A DNA stretch of 64,000 nt. It comes from Mustelus asterias (lineage: Eukaryota). Below, piece after piece: positions 50,700 to 64,000 of the stretch. The position numbers were made by a program, and so were the translations under genes. Position 1 is the stretch's first letter, and each line of letters starts with the position of its first letter. The stretch spans positions 21,390,001 to 21,454,000 of the forward strand of contig NC_135806.1 in the NCBI RefSeq assembly GCF_964213995.1, written 5' to 3'. The notes under the pieces are model-generated. The model was not told the DNA's origin. It was given only the letters and a program-made list of their open reading frames with translations, and did not search any database.

Positions 50700-53600
50700 A
50701 GAAATATGCTGACGTATAGATAATTGTGGATGAGAACGGCCATTTGGTCCATCTTAGTTCATGCCTCCAGAAAGATGCTAACGTTCCTCACTGCAACATC
50801 AAACTAATTCAGAAATTATTCCAGAGGTAATGCTTCCAATAATATTTCCATGATTCCATTTCATGTATTGATACTTTGAAAAGAACTGCTGCCTCATTGC
50901 AACTGGTGATGGTCTTGCAATTAAACATAAAATCATTTACCACATTTTTCCAATATAATTTACTATTTTATCTATCTCCATAAAATCACCTTTCAGATGC
51001 CTCTTTTCAAAGCTGAAAAATTCCAAGCTTTCTGCTAAGTCAAGTATCTATCTTTCACGATCAGACATGAAACTTCGCATTCCCTCCAGTGTTTGAATGT
51101 CTTACTTGTGTCTTTAGAAGCAGAACTGGACACTGTATGCAAGATGTAGCCTAATCAGAGTACCCTATAGTTTAATGATATCATCTAATTTGTATTCTAT
51201 TCTTGTGGTGATATTGTTTCACATTCTATTGGTTTTGTGTATTGTTGCACTGAATTAGTTGGATTTGTTGAGCATTGAGTCTAAGGCTGAAATTTTTACT
51301 GCCGGGTCAGGAGCACAGATTCGGGACATTTCCCAGCTCCACAAACTCAACCTTGGAGGGAGTACCCAGAGGTTCCCTGGGAGTAAAGCCAGGTGACGCC
51401 AGAATGAGGGTGGAGGCTGCTAGGTGCGGAGGTGAGCTGGATGGAAGATCAGACTTGGTGCCCCAGCACTTTGTTAAAGTTTTTGAAAAAAAATAGTCCA
51501 ATAGCCCACCTCACCTGCCCCGCCCACCCCAACCCCCAGTCCCAACACACTCGCCATCCATTCTCAATGCTGAACCAGTCATCTCATGCCTCCACCCCAC
51601 ATGGTCCCGCACACCCTCTACCCAATCGCATGACCTCTCATACCCTCCCTGCCAACCTAGGCCCTCCACCCACTCCCCCAATGGCCCCTCTACATTCGAT
51701 GCTATCTGATGTCCCTCTACCTACCCCTTCCAGCCCCATACCAAACCATGTCTTCCACTCATCCCATGTCCTTTTATTGAACCTATGGCAACTTAGTGTA
51801 GACTCATGCCCCCACCCACTACCCTTTGCTCTTATACCCTCCATGTCAACTCATTTTGCATCCACCATGGGAAAACTATAGGAGCCAAACTAACAAAGTA
51901 ATTTGTCTATTGATGATGTCATGATTTTTTTAAAAATGAAAGTCATTCAATGCATTAAAATTCTTTCAACTAATCATTTATGAAAACAATCATTTTGGAT
52001 GTATAACTACTTGGAGCTGTCAGTGAAACTTTGATTTCATTTCATTTATTGTCACGTACTCAGATTCAGTGAAAAGTATTGTTTCTTGTGTGTTTTACAG
52101 ACAAAACATACTGTTCATAGAGTACATAAGGGAGAACGAAAGGAGAGGGTGCAGAATATAATGTTACAGTCACAGCTAGGGTGCAGAGAAAGGTCAGCTT
52201 AATATATGGTAGGTCCATTCAAAAATCTGATGGCAGCAGGGAAGAAGCTATTCTTGGGTCAGTTGGTAGGTGGAAGAAAGAATGTCCAGGTTGAATGGGA
52301 TCCTTGATTATGCTGAGTGCTTATTTAACAGGCATTCCACTGTGATAATATTGGGTTGCAAAATGCAGCACAAATCCAATAAATATAACTCTAAGGCTTT
52401 TGCCAACAGACAGAGTAAAATAGCAAGCACTGTTTTTTTTTTAATTTATAATTTTTTTTAATTTAAAGCCCAGCAGCGTTGAGTCTCATGAAACCTTGGA
52501 CCTGTCCAATCTCATCAAATCAGTCAAAGCTTATTGAATCTGTCAATGAGGTTTGACAGACAATAGACAGCTTGAAAGCGAGTTGATATTTTGACAAGCT
52601 TAACAGTTATTTGATAACTTTTACAGTTCTTTGACATCATGACAGTTCTTGGACAGCTTTGACAGCGCAGTTAGTGCACTTTTAAATGCACATTCATGCC
52701 TAATTTAACAATTGCAAAAGGCACCTGGCCTCTCCCAAAGGTGTCATGGGGGTCAAGGGGCACTTTACTCTCCAAAATGGTATCCTGGCTATCCAAATAA
52801 ATCCACAAAGTTCAGACCTGCTCCTACCAGGTCGCATCTGCACACTTTGGGTTTTAGACAACAACCTCATCAAAATCACACAAATTGTACCTGCTGTTGA
52901 TTTAAATGAGTGCTGTTTAGAATCTGCCCCCATCACCTCTGACAGAGGCCATGTTCAGGGGTGGAAGTTCTGGATTCAGGCCTCTGCACAATTTTCACAT
53001 GAAAATTCAGCCCCAAGATTCCCAAACTCTCCAGTAGCTTCATTCTTAGCCATTTCATTCAAGTGTACTTTCCCTTCCTCAGTACAGATCATTACATTTG
53101 TCAATACTAATTGCCAGAAACATTAACATATTTGAATTAAATCTATATAGCTGACTTTTGGATTGCCTTCTGATTCTCTTGTACTTTGCTAATATCTGAC
53201 AAATTGTATTGTGTTTCCTATGGCCAAGCCATTGATCCACAATATCTGTGTGGAGTTTGCGCATTCTCCCTTGTGTCTGCGCGAGTTTCGTCCGCGTGCT
53301 TCGGTTTCCTCCCATTGTCCAAAGATGTGCTGGTTAGGTGGATTGACCATGCTACGTTGCTCCTTTGTGTCAGGGGAACGAGCTAGGGAAAATGCATGGG
53401 GTTTTGGGGAAAGGGCCTGGGTGGGATTGTGGTCCTTCCACACTGCTGGATTCTATGTTCTATCTGAATTGAAATAAGTAATGATGCCAAAATACCACCT
53501 TATCTCTTTTATATTGTACCTGTTATTATGTTTGTGTCTTTGATCAGTTTCTTATCAACATTTATGATACCACCAGTCATCCTCACCAGTTTGAACCTTT

Positions 53601-54460
53601 CATATGAAGCTTTATAAAATTCCTTCTGGAAATCCAGGTACAACACAAAATTCATCCTAGAACAGTTCATACTAGGTGTTACTTCCTTAAAGATGTCAAG
53701 AAGATTGGTCAGACAGGACAATCCCCTTCTTAACCTACATTAGCTGCTGTTCTCAAAACGGTCAGTCCTCAAGCATTATTCCAGATGATTGATTCAATCA
53801 TTTGGAATGGAATTGTCGATTAATGGATTTTTAGTTGCCTCTATATTTTTTGTCCCTTTCTTGGAAATGGGCACCAGAATAATGATTTCCAAATTGCCAG
53901 TACTTTCCTGATGTCCAGTCTCTCTCTTGCTCAGAATGACTGATGCTTTCCAAATTTCATTTAGTTTTCCTCAGCATTCAGTGATGACTACCATCCTTCC
54001 TTTGGGATTTATTTGGTTTGATCCATTAGCCTGTTTAGAACTTGCATCTAATTTATATTGAAAGCATCAACTTGCTTAGGTGCTCGTTTGGGGACGAAAT
54101 CTTGCACACCTTCCCTTGTGAGTACTTGGAGGCAATAATTATTAATATTTTTTAATAGCTTGAGTTCACATTGTATGTTTCTTCCCTCTTGTCTGACAAC
54201 ATACTTCCAGTTAAAAGTACTGAAGGAATTTCTTCTCGTCATGAATGTATCTGTAGTTATGCATTTTCCAGGTCTTGGTTTTCCCTTCTGATCACTTTTT
54301 AAAAATGTTTCTACATGTTCCTCCAATTATCCCAGTGAATCCCTTTCCTTCCAGAGGATTTGAGAATATTGTCTCTCCAAATTTCAGTTTTGATTTGTTT
54401 TGGGATGTACAATGTGTAAACAGAACATGGTAAATGCCAGGTGTTAAATACCCGTCAAGG
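50700..54460 (-). mobile_element. Ancient CR1 interrupted by a long Harbinger-type MITE (~51285-53035, itself carrying a Rex1 tail at ~52030-52320) and a SINE
   Basis: Minus-strand SCLTNLLDIF...VLYLDFQKEF near 53600-53720 and a CR1 3' end near 50740. Confidence 0.65.
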
Positions 54461-54479
54461 AAAACACCAGTCGCATTTT

Positions 54480-54825
54480 GAGACACAGTGGCACATGCTG
54501 CCTTTCAGTGCCAGGGACCCAGGTTCAATTCCGGCCTTCAGTGACTGTGTGGAGTTTGCATGTTCTCCCAGTGTCTGCGTGGGCTTCTTCTGGATGCTCC
54601 GGTTTCCTCCCACAGTTTAAAGATGTGCAAGTTAGGTGGATTGGCCATGCTAAATTGCCCTTTAGTGCCCCAAAATGTGTAGGTTAGGTGTGTTGGCCTT
54701 GGTAAATGTGCAGGGTTGCAGGGATAGTGCGAAGGGTTGAGTCTGGGTAAGATGCTCTTTCAGACAGTTGGTGCAGACTTGATGGGCTGAATGACCTCAG
54801 TCTGCGCTGTAGGGATTCTGTGATT
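54480..54825 (+). mobile_element. HE1 V-SINE
   Basis: Head, V-domain and tail are present. Confidence 0.88.
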
Positions 54826-54859
54826 CAATTCTCCTGGCTGAAATAGAATAAAGGTACTT

Positions 54860-55700
54860 GTGAAATTAAGGTGAAAAAAACCAAGCCAATGGGTCAGCAG
54901 TAGAATGCTAGCATTGAAACTAAATGGTGAACACAGGAGAATGTGGGAAGCATCTTGGAACATCCCTTTAGGTGCCATGTAAATGCAAAATAATGATCCT
55001 GAATATTCAAACAAAGTTACAAAAACATTATTCATTGCTGACTATGGAGAACGTGGTGTCTGAAATCTTGATCCTGTTTTCCGTAAATTCTGGAAGCTGG
55101 TTCAGTTGGATGAAGATACTAAAGTTTTGCAAATTTAATAGTTCCTTTGGCAGTTATCTGTTTATCAGAATGCCTTTTGGAATCCTCTTGGCTCCAAAGT
55201 TTCCAGTAGAATGTCAAAAATGATAGCTGATAATTACAGAGTGGACATTATTATGGATGATATCTTGATCTGGGACAATAACAAGCTGAAACATTGAAAA
55301 GTCTGACTATGCATAACATAACATAATGTAACATTGCATTGAATAGGAATAAGTGCAAGTTTAATATCTAGAAAGCCCATTACAATAGTATACACAGTCG
55401 AAGGTCTGAAGACTATTCATACCCAATGCACTGAGTTAAAACTTGAGATCCCTGATCACAAGAATTTCTGGTTTACAATGAGATCCAACAGTATAGGAAA
55501 TCCAAGTTGAATTAACTATTAAAGAAGGGCTTATGTTCCAAAGCCACAAAGCTATTGTGCATGCTGCCTGGGGAAAGTGTATCAAAGTCACCAAGGAATT
55601 GAACAATCCAAAGTCTCCAAGATGTCTTGTTTTGATCTCGTACATCAGCACAATTTGAGGATGCAGTGAGTCATTGGCCAAGATTCAATACCTAACCAAA
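54860..55700 (+). pseudogene. Gypsy pol (RT) remnant
   Basis: FCKFNSSFGSYLFIRMPFGILLAP and IIMDDILIW (YxDD) motifs. Confidence 0.75.
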
Positions 55701-58609
55701 GATTCAAGGAAAGCATAACATATTCTAGCAGAATGTTGCAACCAATGATCAAATTAGCACTTTGTCATAACAGAGTACTTCTCAAATTCACTTGAATTCA
55801 TTAAGTTTATCAATACTAAGTTCAAATGTGATTGCATGTTGCAGCAAGTGGCAATGTGATAGATACAGTATAAAAGCTGTTTCAGGCAAAGTGTTGATAA
55901 TGCCTATCAATTCAAACATGCAGGCTTCCACGCAACCCCCAGCTTAAATATCAGGGACAAGGTCGTTACTATTTAGCTGGCTCTTCCCTCATTAATTTTT
56001 CCTTGACTTAGTACAAGGCAGGACTTCCATCCATCTCCAGGAGGAAGTCCTGCCCAGAGAGCGGCCTGCCAATCAGAGGCTGGCAGCTTTGCACATCAGC
56101 AGCACCCGGAGGAGCAGTCGCCACTGTTAGTGTTGCCGAAGGAGATGGTGAAGAGCATTGGTCTTGGACATTCGGTTATATCTGGCCTCTCACTGGATCC
56201 GAGTTGACAGGCCATGGTGAGGGGGGATGTATGTATGGCAGGATATGGATGTGGGAGGGTGGTTGTGGGGAGGCCAAACTGTGGGGATGGACCTCCCATT
56301 GGCACTGGGTGCCAGCAAGAGGCACAGTCCCCTTTAATCATTCTGCAGGATTAAACCTACCAGGCTATATATGTTGAGTGCCAGCACTTGTTAAATCAGA
56401 GGCACAGTGAGATGAGGCTCTTAATTGGGCCATTAATGGCCCAACTTAGGGCCTCAAATGTGCCATGGGTAGGTAACCCACCCACCACTAGTCTTACTTT
56501 GGTGATTGTGGACTGGGGCATGAGTAGGGCACACTGCCAAAGTATTCTAATTTACAGGTTCACCAGGCGACTTTCCCACCTGTGGGTGGCCTGTAAAATT
56601 CAGGTCCTAACGTTAGTGCCAAACTGCTTACAATCTGCTGAAAAAAAAATGTACAGTTGACAACTTTGATAAAAGAGCAAAGCATTAGGATATACATCCA
56701 GCTCTACAGGCATGAAGATGCAGTGGTAGTGTGTTAATGGGCCATGGATCAAAATTAGTTCCCATTTCAGTACAACTGTTTCAATGGCACCGATCAAAGA
56801 AGATTCATTAAATCTCACGTACATCAAAAGCAAGATTTTAAAAATTCTGTGTTTGAGGATCTTGCCCGTTAAAACTTACCAGTTGGCACAGAGTGGGTGT
56901 ACATGTCCAAGAAAAATGAATTCATGGCAGCTGTTCTGTGCAAGACATATGTGTCAAATTATATTCATAAAATGAGAAGCAGAAGAGGTCCCTTCAATAT
57001 ACCTGAAAATTTGGGGTTAATGTCAAGAGGAGATAATTGAAAAACTAGATATCAAAACAAATTAAGTGGAAATTAGTAAATATTCACTGGAATACCCAGG
57101 TAAACCAGAGACTGTGAAGAGTTAATAAGAAAAGAGATGCCAAACCAAAATTCTTGAAAGAAATGAAATGTTATAATAGGTTAAGAAGTTGTATAAAGTC
57201 ATGTAAAAGTCAGCGATGAAATTGTAATGTAAAATTGGTGAGCAGGAGGCTTCTGTCAGGTTGCAATATTTTGTTTCAATGCAAGTCGCCTGAAATTGGC
57301 CAATTTTGTGCAAAGGTTTGAAGAATCTCAAGCATAAATTACAAAGCAAACCACTGGAGTTTCCAAGATCTTTCGCACTATTTGAAAAGAAAGTTACACC
57401 AGCTGACCCTAATCCCCCAGACCCAATTAATCACCAAGAATATGTCACTGATTACCCCATTTTGTAGGCTGTGAGGAGCTTCTTAAAATTGTTTTTTTTG
57501 TCTGAAGGACACCAAAATGTCCTTTGAAAGAAACAATTTGAAAAGCTTCTAAATGTATTATATACTTTCATTTTCGAAGTTACAGTACATCAGTGTAAGT
57601 CATTTTCAGTTATTTAAAATCAAGGTACTCACAGGTGGTGAATTAGGCATTCATGACAAAGATATTTGTGATAAAGTCATATTCAGCTGTTTTAATAAAA
57701 TGGCACCAGAATACCACTGAAATACATCAAGGAATATATTTTACGCAAAAAAGGGTTTCAAAACCATTGCACCCAAAGTAGAAACTCTTGGTCCACGTAC
57801 CAAGCGAAGGAAATTGACAATTTTAATGAAATTCAAAACATGTTGGGTGGGATATTTCTCCCTCTCTGCAGCATGTTTCATGGCAGCAGGGAGTGGCGCG
57901 TGTTCGCTGGTGGTGAGATTTTATGGTCCCATGGTTGTCAATGGAGTTTCCTGTTGAACACAACCCTCGCTACGACAGGGTGATCTCGCTGGCGTAAACG
58001 GGAGTAAGATTTTGGCGGGCTGCTGTTGCTTCCAAGAAGTTGATTTTCAAGTAGGTAACAAACCTTCAGAAGGACCTCAGCTTAATGATCCAGAGTGCAA
58101 TGGCAACACCTCCCTCACTTCAAAGCATAGCCGAGGCCTCGAGTTACTGAAAGTGTTTGTGTTTTCGTGAAACTTCCCTGCTGTATAATTTTACAGTTAG
58201 AAGAAACCTGTAACTTTCTAGTGGAGTTGGATGGAATTAAGTGGCTGAACAATACTGATTAGGCAGTCAGAGTGGTGCTTGCTGCATATGTTGTTTTTTA
58301 AAAAATGACTGAACATATTCAATGCAGCTGTTTACAGTTTGCTCATTAGTTCAAAATCAAAATTGCAGCATATTGGACATGCCAATAGTACAGCAGTTTG
58401 TGGGAGGAGGTACATTCATTGCCATTTACACAAATATATAATTTAGACATATCTCAGCTCCCCCATGGATTAGCAAGTTAATTGTACGTAATGGAGTCAT
58501 TGAGACCAGATTTGAGCTGAACCAGCTGATTTTAAATGAGGCACAAGTTGGGATGTTAAAATTGGCACCAATAACTCTGGATGCAAAGAAAGAAGCCACC
58601 TTTTTGAAA

Positions 58610-59890
58610 TATCCATTTGCAGCATATGGGCATTTTTGGCTAGGCCAGCATTTATTGCCCATCCTTAGTTACCCTGGAGAAGCCGTTGGTGAGTTACCTT
58701 CTTTAACTGCTGCAGTCCCTGAAGTGTAGGAATACCCACAATACTGCGAGGGAGGGAGTTCCAGGATTTTGAACCAGCGACAGTGAAGGAACAGCAATAT
58801 ATTTCCAAGTCAGGATGGTGAGTGATTTTGGAGAACTTCCAGGCGGTGGTGCTGCTCTCAGGTATCTGCTGCCCTTGTCCTTCTAGATGGTAGCAGTCAT
58901 GGATTTGGAAGGTGCTGCCTAAGCAGTATGGCGAGTTCCTGCAGTGCATCTTGCAGATGGCATACATTACTACCACTGTTCATCAGTGATGGAGGGGATA
59001 CCAATCAAGTGGTTTTGTCCTGAATGGTGTCAAGCTTCTTGAATGCTGTTGGAACTACACTCATCCAGGCTAGTGGAGACTATTCTACCACACTCCAAAC
59101 TTGTGCCTTGTAGATGGAGGACAGGCTTTTGGGGATCAGCAGGTCAGCTACTCGCTGCAGGACTCCGAGGCCGGAATTTTACCGGCCTGCCCACCATCGG
59201 AATTGGAGTGATGAAGGGTGAAGCATGTGAAGGTTAATTGACCGAGCGTGGGATTTTATGGTTTTGGGACAAGCGAGGACATAAAATCCCATCTCTAATC
59301 TCTGACCTACTCTTGTAGCCACAGTATTTATGTGGTTCGTTCAGTTTAGTTTCTGGTCAATGGTAGCCCCAGGATGTTGATAGTAGAGCATTCAGTGGTG
59401 ATAATCCCATTAAATGCCAAGGTACAATGGTTGGATTCTCTCTCGTTGGAGATTGTCATTGCCTGGCACTTGTGGGGCATGAATGTTACTTGTCAGCCCC
59501 AGCCTGGATATGGTCCATTTTTTCTGCATTTGGGCATGGACTGCTTCAACATCTGAGGATCATGAATGATGCTGAACATTCCTGTGGTGAACCACTGTAA
59601 TACTGTCTGTATATGGGATATACCTGGGCACGCCCCTGCTGCTTCAATCCGGGGCTCTGCCCTCCTCGGGGTATAAAGGTGGCTGCTCGCCACCCCTTTT
59701 GCCTCAGTTCGGGTTAGCTATCGGTTTGGGAGTGCTTCTGTTCTTGTTAATAAAAGCCTGTTATTTCGCAACATCTAGTCTTTGCATGAATCAATAGTGA
59801 ATCAATTCCCACTTCAAACCTTATGATGGAAAGAAGGTCATTGATGAAGCAGCTGAAGATGGTTGGGCCTAGGATACTACCTTGAGGAAT
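58610..59890 (-). mobile_element. Ancient L2/CR1-group LINE 3' part
   Basis: FTVAGSKSWNSLP and PQGSILGPTIFSCFINDL on the minus strand. Confidence 0.8.
59583..59804 (+). mobile_element. Solo LTR, 222 bp
   Basis: TG...CA ends, 5-bp TSD ATTCC (59578-59582 and 59805-59809), TATAAA near 59672 and AATAAA near 59749. Confidence 0.85.
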
Positions 59891-61099
59891 GTTGTGATTT
59901 TTGTTTGCTGCTCATTGACCACCATTGGAAGTACACATATGGCAATAGGTGAAGCCACCTAACTGTGAGGCCAGTCTCCCCGTTGAATTGCCACCTAATT
60001 TCCTTGCTTTACATTCATGAGGCAGATATGCCAAGCTGGGAAATTTCCCAACTTGACACATTCGCCTCTGGAAAACAAGTGCAACAAATTGTGGGATCCT
60101 CCTTCGGGAGTGGGAGTGGGACTGGGGTTGAGGGTTGGCAGATGTGGGATGCAGTCATGCCCACCACTCCCGCTTGCAGATTGGAGGTGGCCACAGGGGC
60201 TGTCAAGTGCCAAGGAAGGCTGTTTAAAAGCCACATCTCAGTTCTGAGATTTTGTTGCAGTTGTTTTCATAAACATTTCTGACCTCTGTCCCTCACCTGT
60301 CACACCCCCTCATTCCCATTTATGCCAACTCATGCCCACTGATGTCCTACCCAAACCCAATGGTCTCTCAGCTTCATTGCCAACCCATGCCCACTACCAT
60401 CCCCATGGCCCCTTTTATCCGCTGTACCAACTCATGTCAATTCATGCCCCGTGCCACCATTTGCCCTTGCACACCGACTTGCCTAGTATCAACTATGAGC
60501 AGACCTCAACAGCCATGCTGAGATGAAGTGAATTTTTAAATATTCCACCAAATACTTAATCCATTATTAAAACAAACATTTTTATTCATAATCCTATGTC
60601 AAAGACCTCTGAGCTATCAATCAAAATGTGAAGTTACAACTTGCCCCACACTCCGCACACACACTCCACTGTGTTAATGCTAGATTTTGTAAAGCGGCCC
60701 ATCATTAATCATACTTGTAATGAAAGCAATTGGGGTTACATCAACAAGCAACTATTGAAACTACTAAACCAGACATTTTTCAATGCTTCAAGACACAAGC
60801 AGGTGGGCATTTTAATTTTTATAGGGCTGGCCATTTAAATAACTTGACAGCTTGAGATTTCTCCAACTCTCACATGCATGCATGCATGCACAAGCAGTTT
60901 TTTTTCAATTTTAAAGGGCTGGTCATTTGAATAAATTTGCAGCTTGACAGTCTGCAGACGTTTTACACCCCATCAGGCCATTTATGATTTTTCTAAAGAT
61001 TTGTAACTCCCATATTGCAAGATAAGGCCCTTACTCCAGTGAAAATGGGGTCTTTTGAACTCAGCACTTAGTTCAAATGGCCCTGCCTGGGTTGGGGTT

Positions 61100-62940
61100 T
61101 CCAACATGTGGGAGTCACAACATCCTTCCCGAAGTATGGTATTCAGAATTGGTCATAATATTCTATCTGCAGCCTCACTCATGTTTTATAAAGGTTAGAA
61201 TAATTTCCTTGACTTAACATTTTGGGCTTAATTTTTGATTCCCTAAATGTAGAATCAGAGCAGGAGGAGCCCAAAATACCAGCTAACATGGCAATCTTGG
61301 GGCACCACTATCAGGCCAGACATTTTGTTGAGGTAGGAACAGGATCCGAGTAGGCCAATCACCCTCAAGATGCAGGCAGGCAATTAGGTTCATTCAGAGT
61401 CTTGTTAAAGGTAACCTTATAGAGGCTGACTGGGATTTCCGAATCCATGGGCGGAATTTTCATGGAATCATAGCAGGCAGGCATGGACCATAAAAAGGTC
61501 CATTGACCTCAGGTGGGATTTCCTGACCTTGGGGTGATTGAGGCTGGAAATCCCACCCCATGAGTTTCAATTTTGTTAACCTGTATTGTGTGTGTTACTT
61601 TAATAAAGTTGTTCTTAAAATCCACATGGGCAACATGCCTTGCCTTAACTTCATCAAATTTCTGTGTTATTTAATTTTTTAAAAAATCAATTAGGTTAGT
61701 CAAGCACAATCTGCCATGAACAAATCCATGCTGACTTAAGCTCAAGCCTCTCCAAGTTCCTGTTGATTTTTTTTCTCCTGATTATTATTACTAAAACCTT
61801 ACCTGCCATTGATGTTAAAATGGCTGGTCTGCAGTCATTAGGAAATGCCCTTACATCCTTTTTGAGAAAGACTGTCACGTTTGCCACTCTCTGATCCCAA
61901 GTCACTTATCTTGTATTTAGGGAAGATCAGAAGATTGTGGCAAGATCTAGCAACCTGGCATGTAAACCATTCAATTAGGCAACTTATCCATTTTAAGCAT
62001 AGCTAGCCTTTTATGTACATTCTGCCCATCAATTTGCACTCAATTCATCATCTCTATATCTCTGTTTATACTGATATTTTCAGCAACCTCTTGGTGGCAT
62101 AGTGGTTAGCATTGCTGCCTCAGAGCTAGGTTCGATTCCTAGCTTGGGTCACTTTGTGCGTAGTCTGCACGTTCTCCCCGTGTCTGCATGGATTTCCTCC
62201 CACAGTCTGAAAAACATGCTGGTTAGGCATAATGGCCATGCTAAATTCTCCCTCAGTGTACCCAAACAGGTGCCTGAGTGTGGCGACTTAAGGATTTTCA
62301 GTGGCTTCACTGCAGTGTTAATGTGGGCCTGCTTGCTACATTAATAAACTGATTGAATATTCTAGCCTTGCACTGTGCCTCTAAGCATATAGCCCTAAAA
62401 GGAACTGCTCCATCTTTAACTACCCACTTACTATGTACCTGTTGGTATAAGATTTTGGGCCTCCCTTTAATGTTAACTAACATTCTATTTTCACATTCCA
62501 TCTCTTCCAGTCTTACTCGCCTCTTCATCTTCCCTCAACTATTACGCTTGGCCAGGTTCTCATTTAACATGAAGCATCCATCCCCAATTTCCTCGTCATC
62601 CAATGAGTTCTGATTTGGATTCCTCTGTTTCCCCCTTTTTGGGATGTACCTAGTCTGTACCTGAATCATTTTTTTCTTGAAAAACTGGAATAGGTCAATG
62701 GGTGATTTTCTTTTGTCATTCTTGGTTTCCATTTTACCCTGGCTCGATCCCCTCTCAACTCAAGTGAAGTTACATTTCTTCCAACTTAGCAGTTCTACAT
62801 TAGGTTGACCCTCAATCTTCTCCTTTACCAAAAATAAATCTAACGATATGACCATTGCAGCCAGAATCTCTGGAATTGAACCCTTCCTCCCTCAGTAACA
62901 CATCTGGACAGGATAATTTTTCTACTTCGAGTATCGCCAA
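61100..62940 (-). mobile_element. Degraded CR1 LINE with nested SINE and MITE
   Basis: VANVTVFLKK...DCRPAILTSMAGKVL on the minus strand. Confidence 0.75.
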
Positions 62941-64000
62941 CCTTTTTAGAAGCTTCCTCTTTATCCTATGCAATTTATCGACTAGCTGCTCCATAATTGT
63001 GAATAAATCTTTGAACTATTTGATTTATAGAAAATGGCTATGAGAAAGATTATAGATCTACTCCCACTACCAGAGTTATATTTAGTTGATTAAGTCACCC
63101 ACTTGTACAGACAAATTATGCCAAAAGAGTAACAGCAGCCATTCTAGATGGAACTATCAACATATTTTGAATGGTAGTGCTCCCAGGATGTCAAATATGA
63201 CAGTTTATTTGCAGTTCTTCTCACCTAAATTTTATGTAGCCAATGAAGGTAAAATATTCAGTAATTATATGGTGAATATTTCAAAATGCAGTTTTAAAAA
63301 ATAAGTTTTACAATGCCTCAATACTAGCATGGTAGCTACCAAAACATGTCTTGAAGGGAATGAGGTAATGTATGCTAATGTGGCAATTATTCCTCCACTA
63401 TATAATATAATAGTTTTATTAGGAGTTTACATTGAATCATTTGGTCATATTATTGAAAAAATAGACCTTTTATCAAAGCTTTTCATCTTAAACTCATTGG
63501 GAAAATTTTAGACAAATTCAACATGTAAAGGGAACAACAATTTATACTATTTGAGGAGAGAGTGTCATTGATTGGTAATTGGATTCCGATGACTGGAGGT
63601 ATTGCCATGAAGAATGCCCTAGTTGATGGTAACTGACAGTTAACTGCCAAGCATTGTTTGAAAATTTAAACCAGGCAGCTTATCTCTGATGGGTCAAGGC
63701 ATTGCTCAGAAGAATGAACCAGTTAGTGACTGCTTCCTATTTCATTTAGCTGAAACTGGTGCAGTGTGTACATGTGCTGCCTTCAAAGAACATTTCAATA
63801 TTAATGTTAAATTATGAAAATATGTAGCCTCCAGCACCCACAAAAACACCACATGTGCCCAACTAGATGGTTGTTAACATGTTTTTTTTTTGCACGCTGA
63901 GGATTATTTGGCAAATGTCCAATTGTGGAATCACTTGTAAGGTTGGACACTATGGCTGGGATTCTCCAGCCATTTACAGCCCCGCTGCCGTTGCCAGTGA

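Noticed and set aside
1-64000. CRISPR arrays, operons, rRNA or a named host gene
   Set aside because: The DNA is eukaryotic and repeat-rich; no regularly spaced repeats, rRNA motifs or recognisable host exons were seen.

Overview
Vertebrate genomic DNA, almost certainly from a shark: HE1-type V-SINEs, HER1/CR1 LINEs and SacSINE1-like DeuSINEs are present. The window is an intergenic or large-intron region built mostly of nested transposable elements: young and ancient CR1 LINEs, Rex1/Babar LINEs, an L1 remnant, L2-group LINEs, several SINE families, PIF/Harbinger-type MITEs, Gypsy gag and RT remnants and solo LTRs. It also has one assembly gap. No host protein-coding gene could be identified; only weak minus-strand exon candidates were seen. 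The most notable signal is a Penelope-like (Neptune-type) retroelement with an uninterrupted RT-GIY-YIG ORF, a 13-bp target-site duplication (TSD) and a minimal hammerhead ribozyme in its terminal repeat. A related 245-bp non-coding foldback element, with its own 12-bp TSD, carries two oppositely oriented hammerhead motifs that show compensatory stem changes relative to the Penelope copy. Family names come from motif recognition, not database searches, and most repeat boundaries are approximate.
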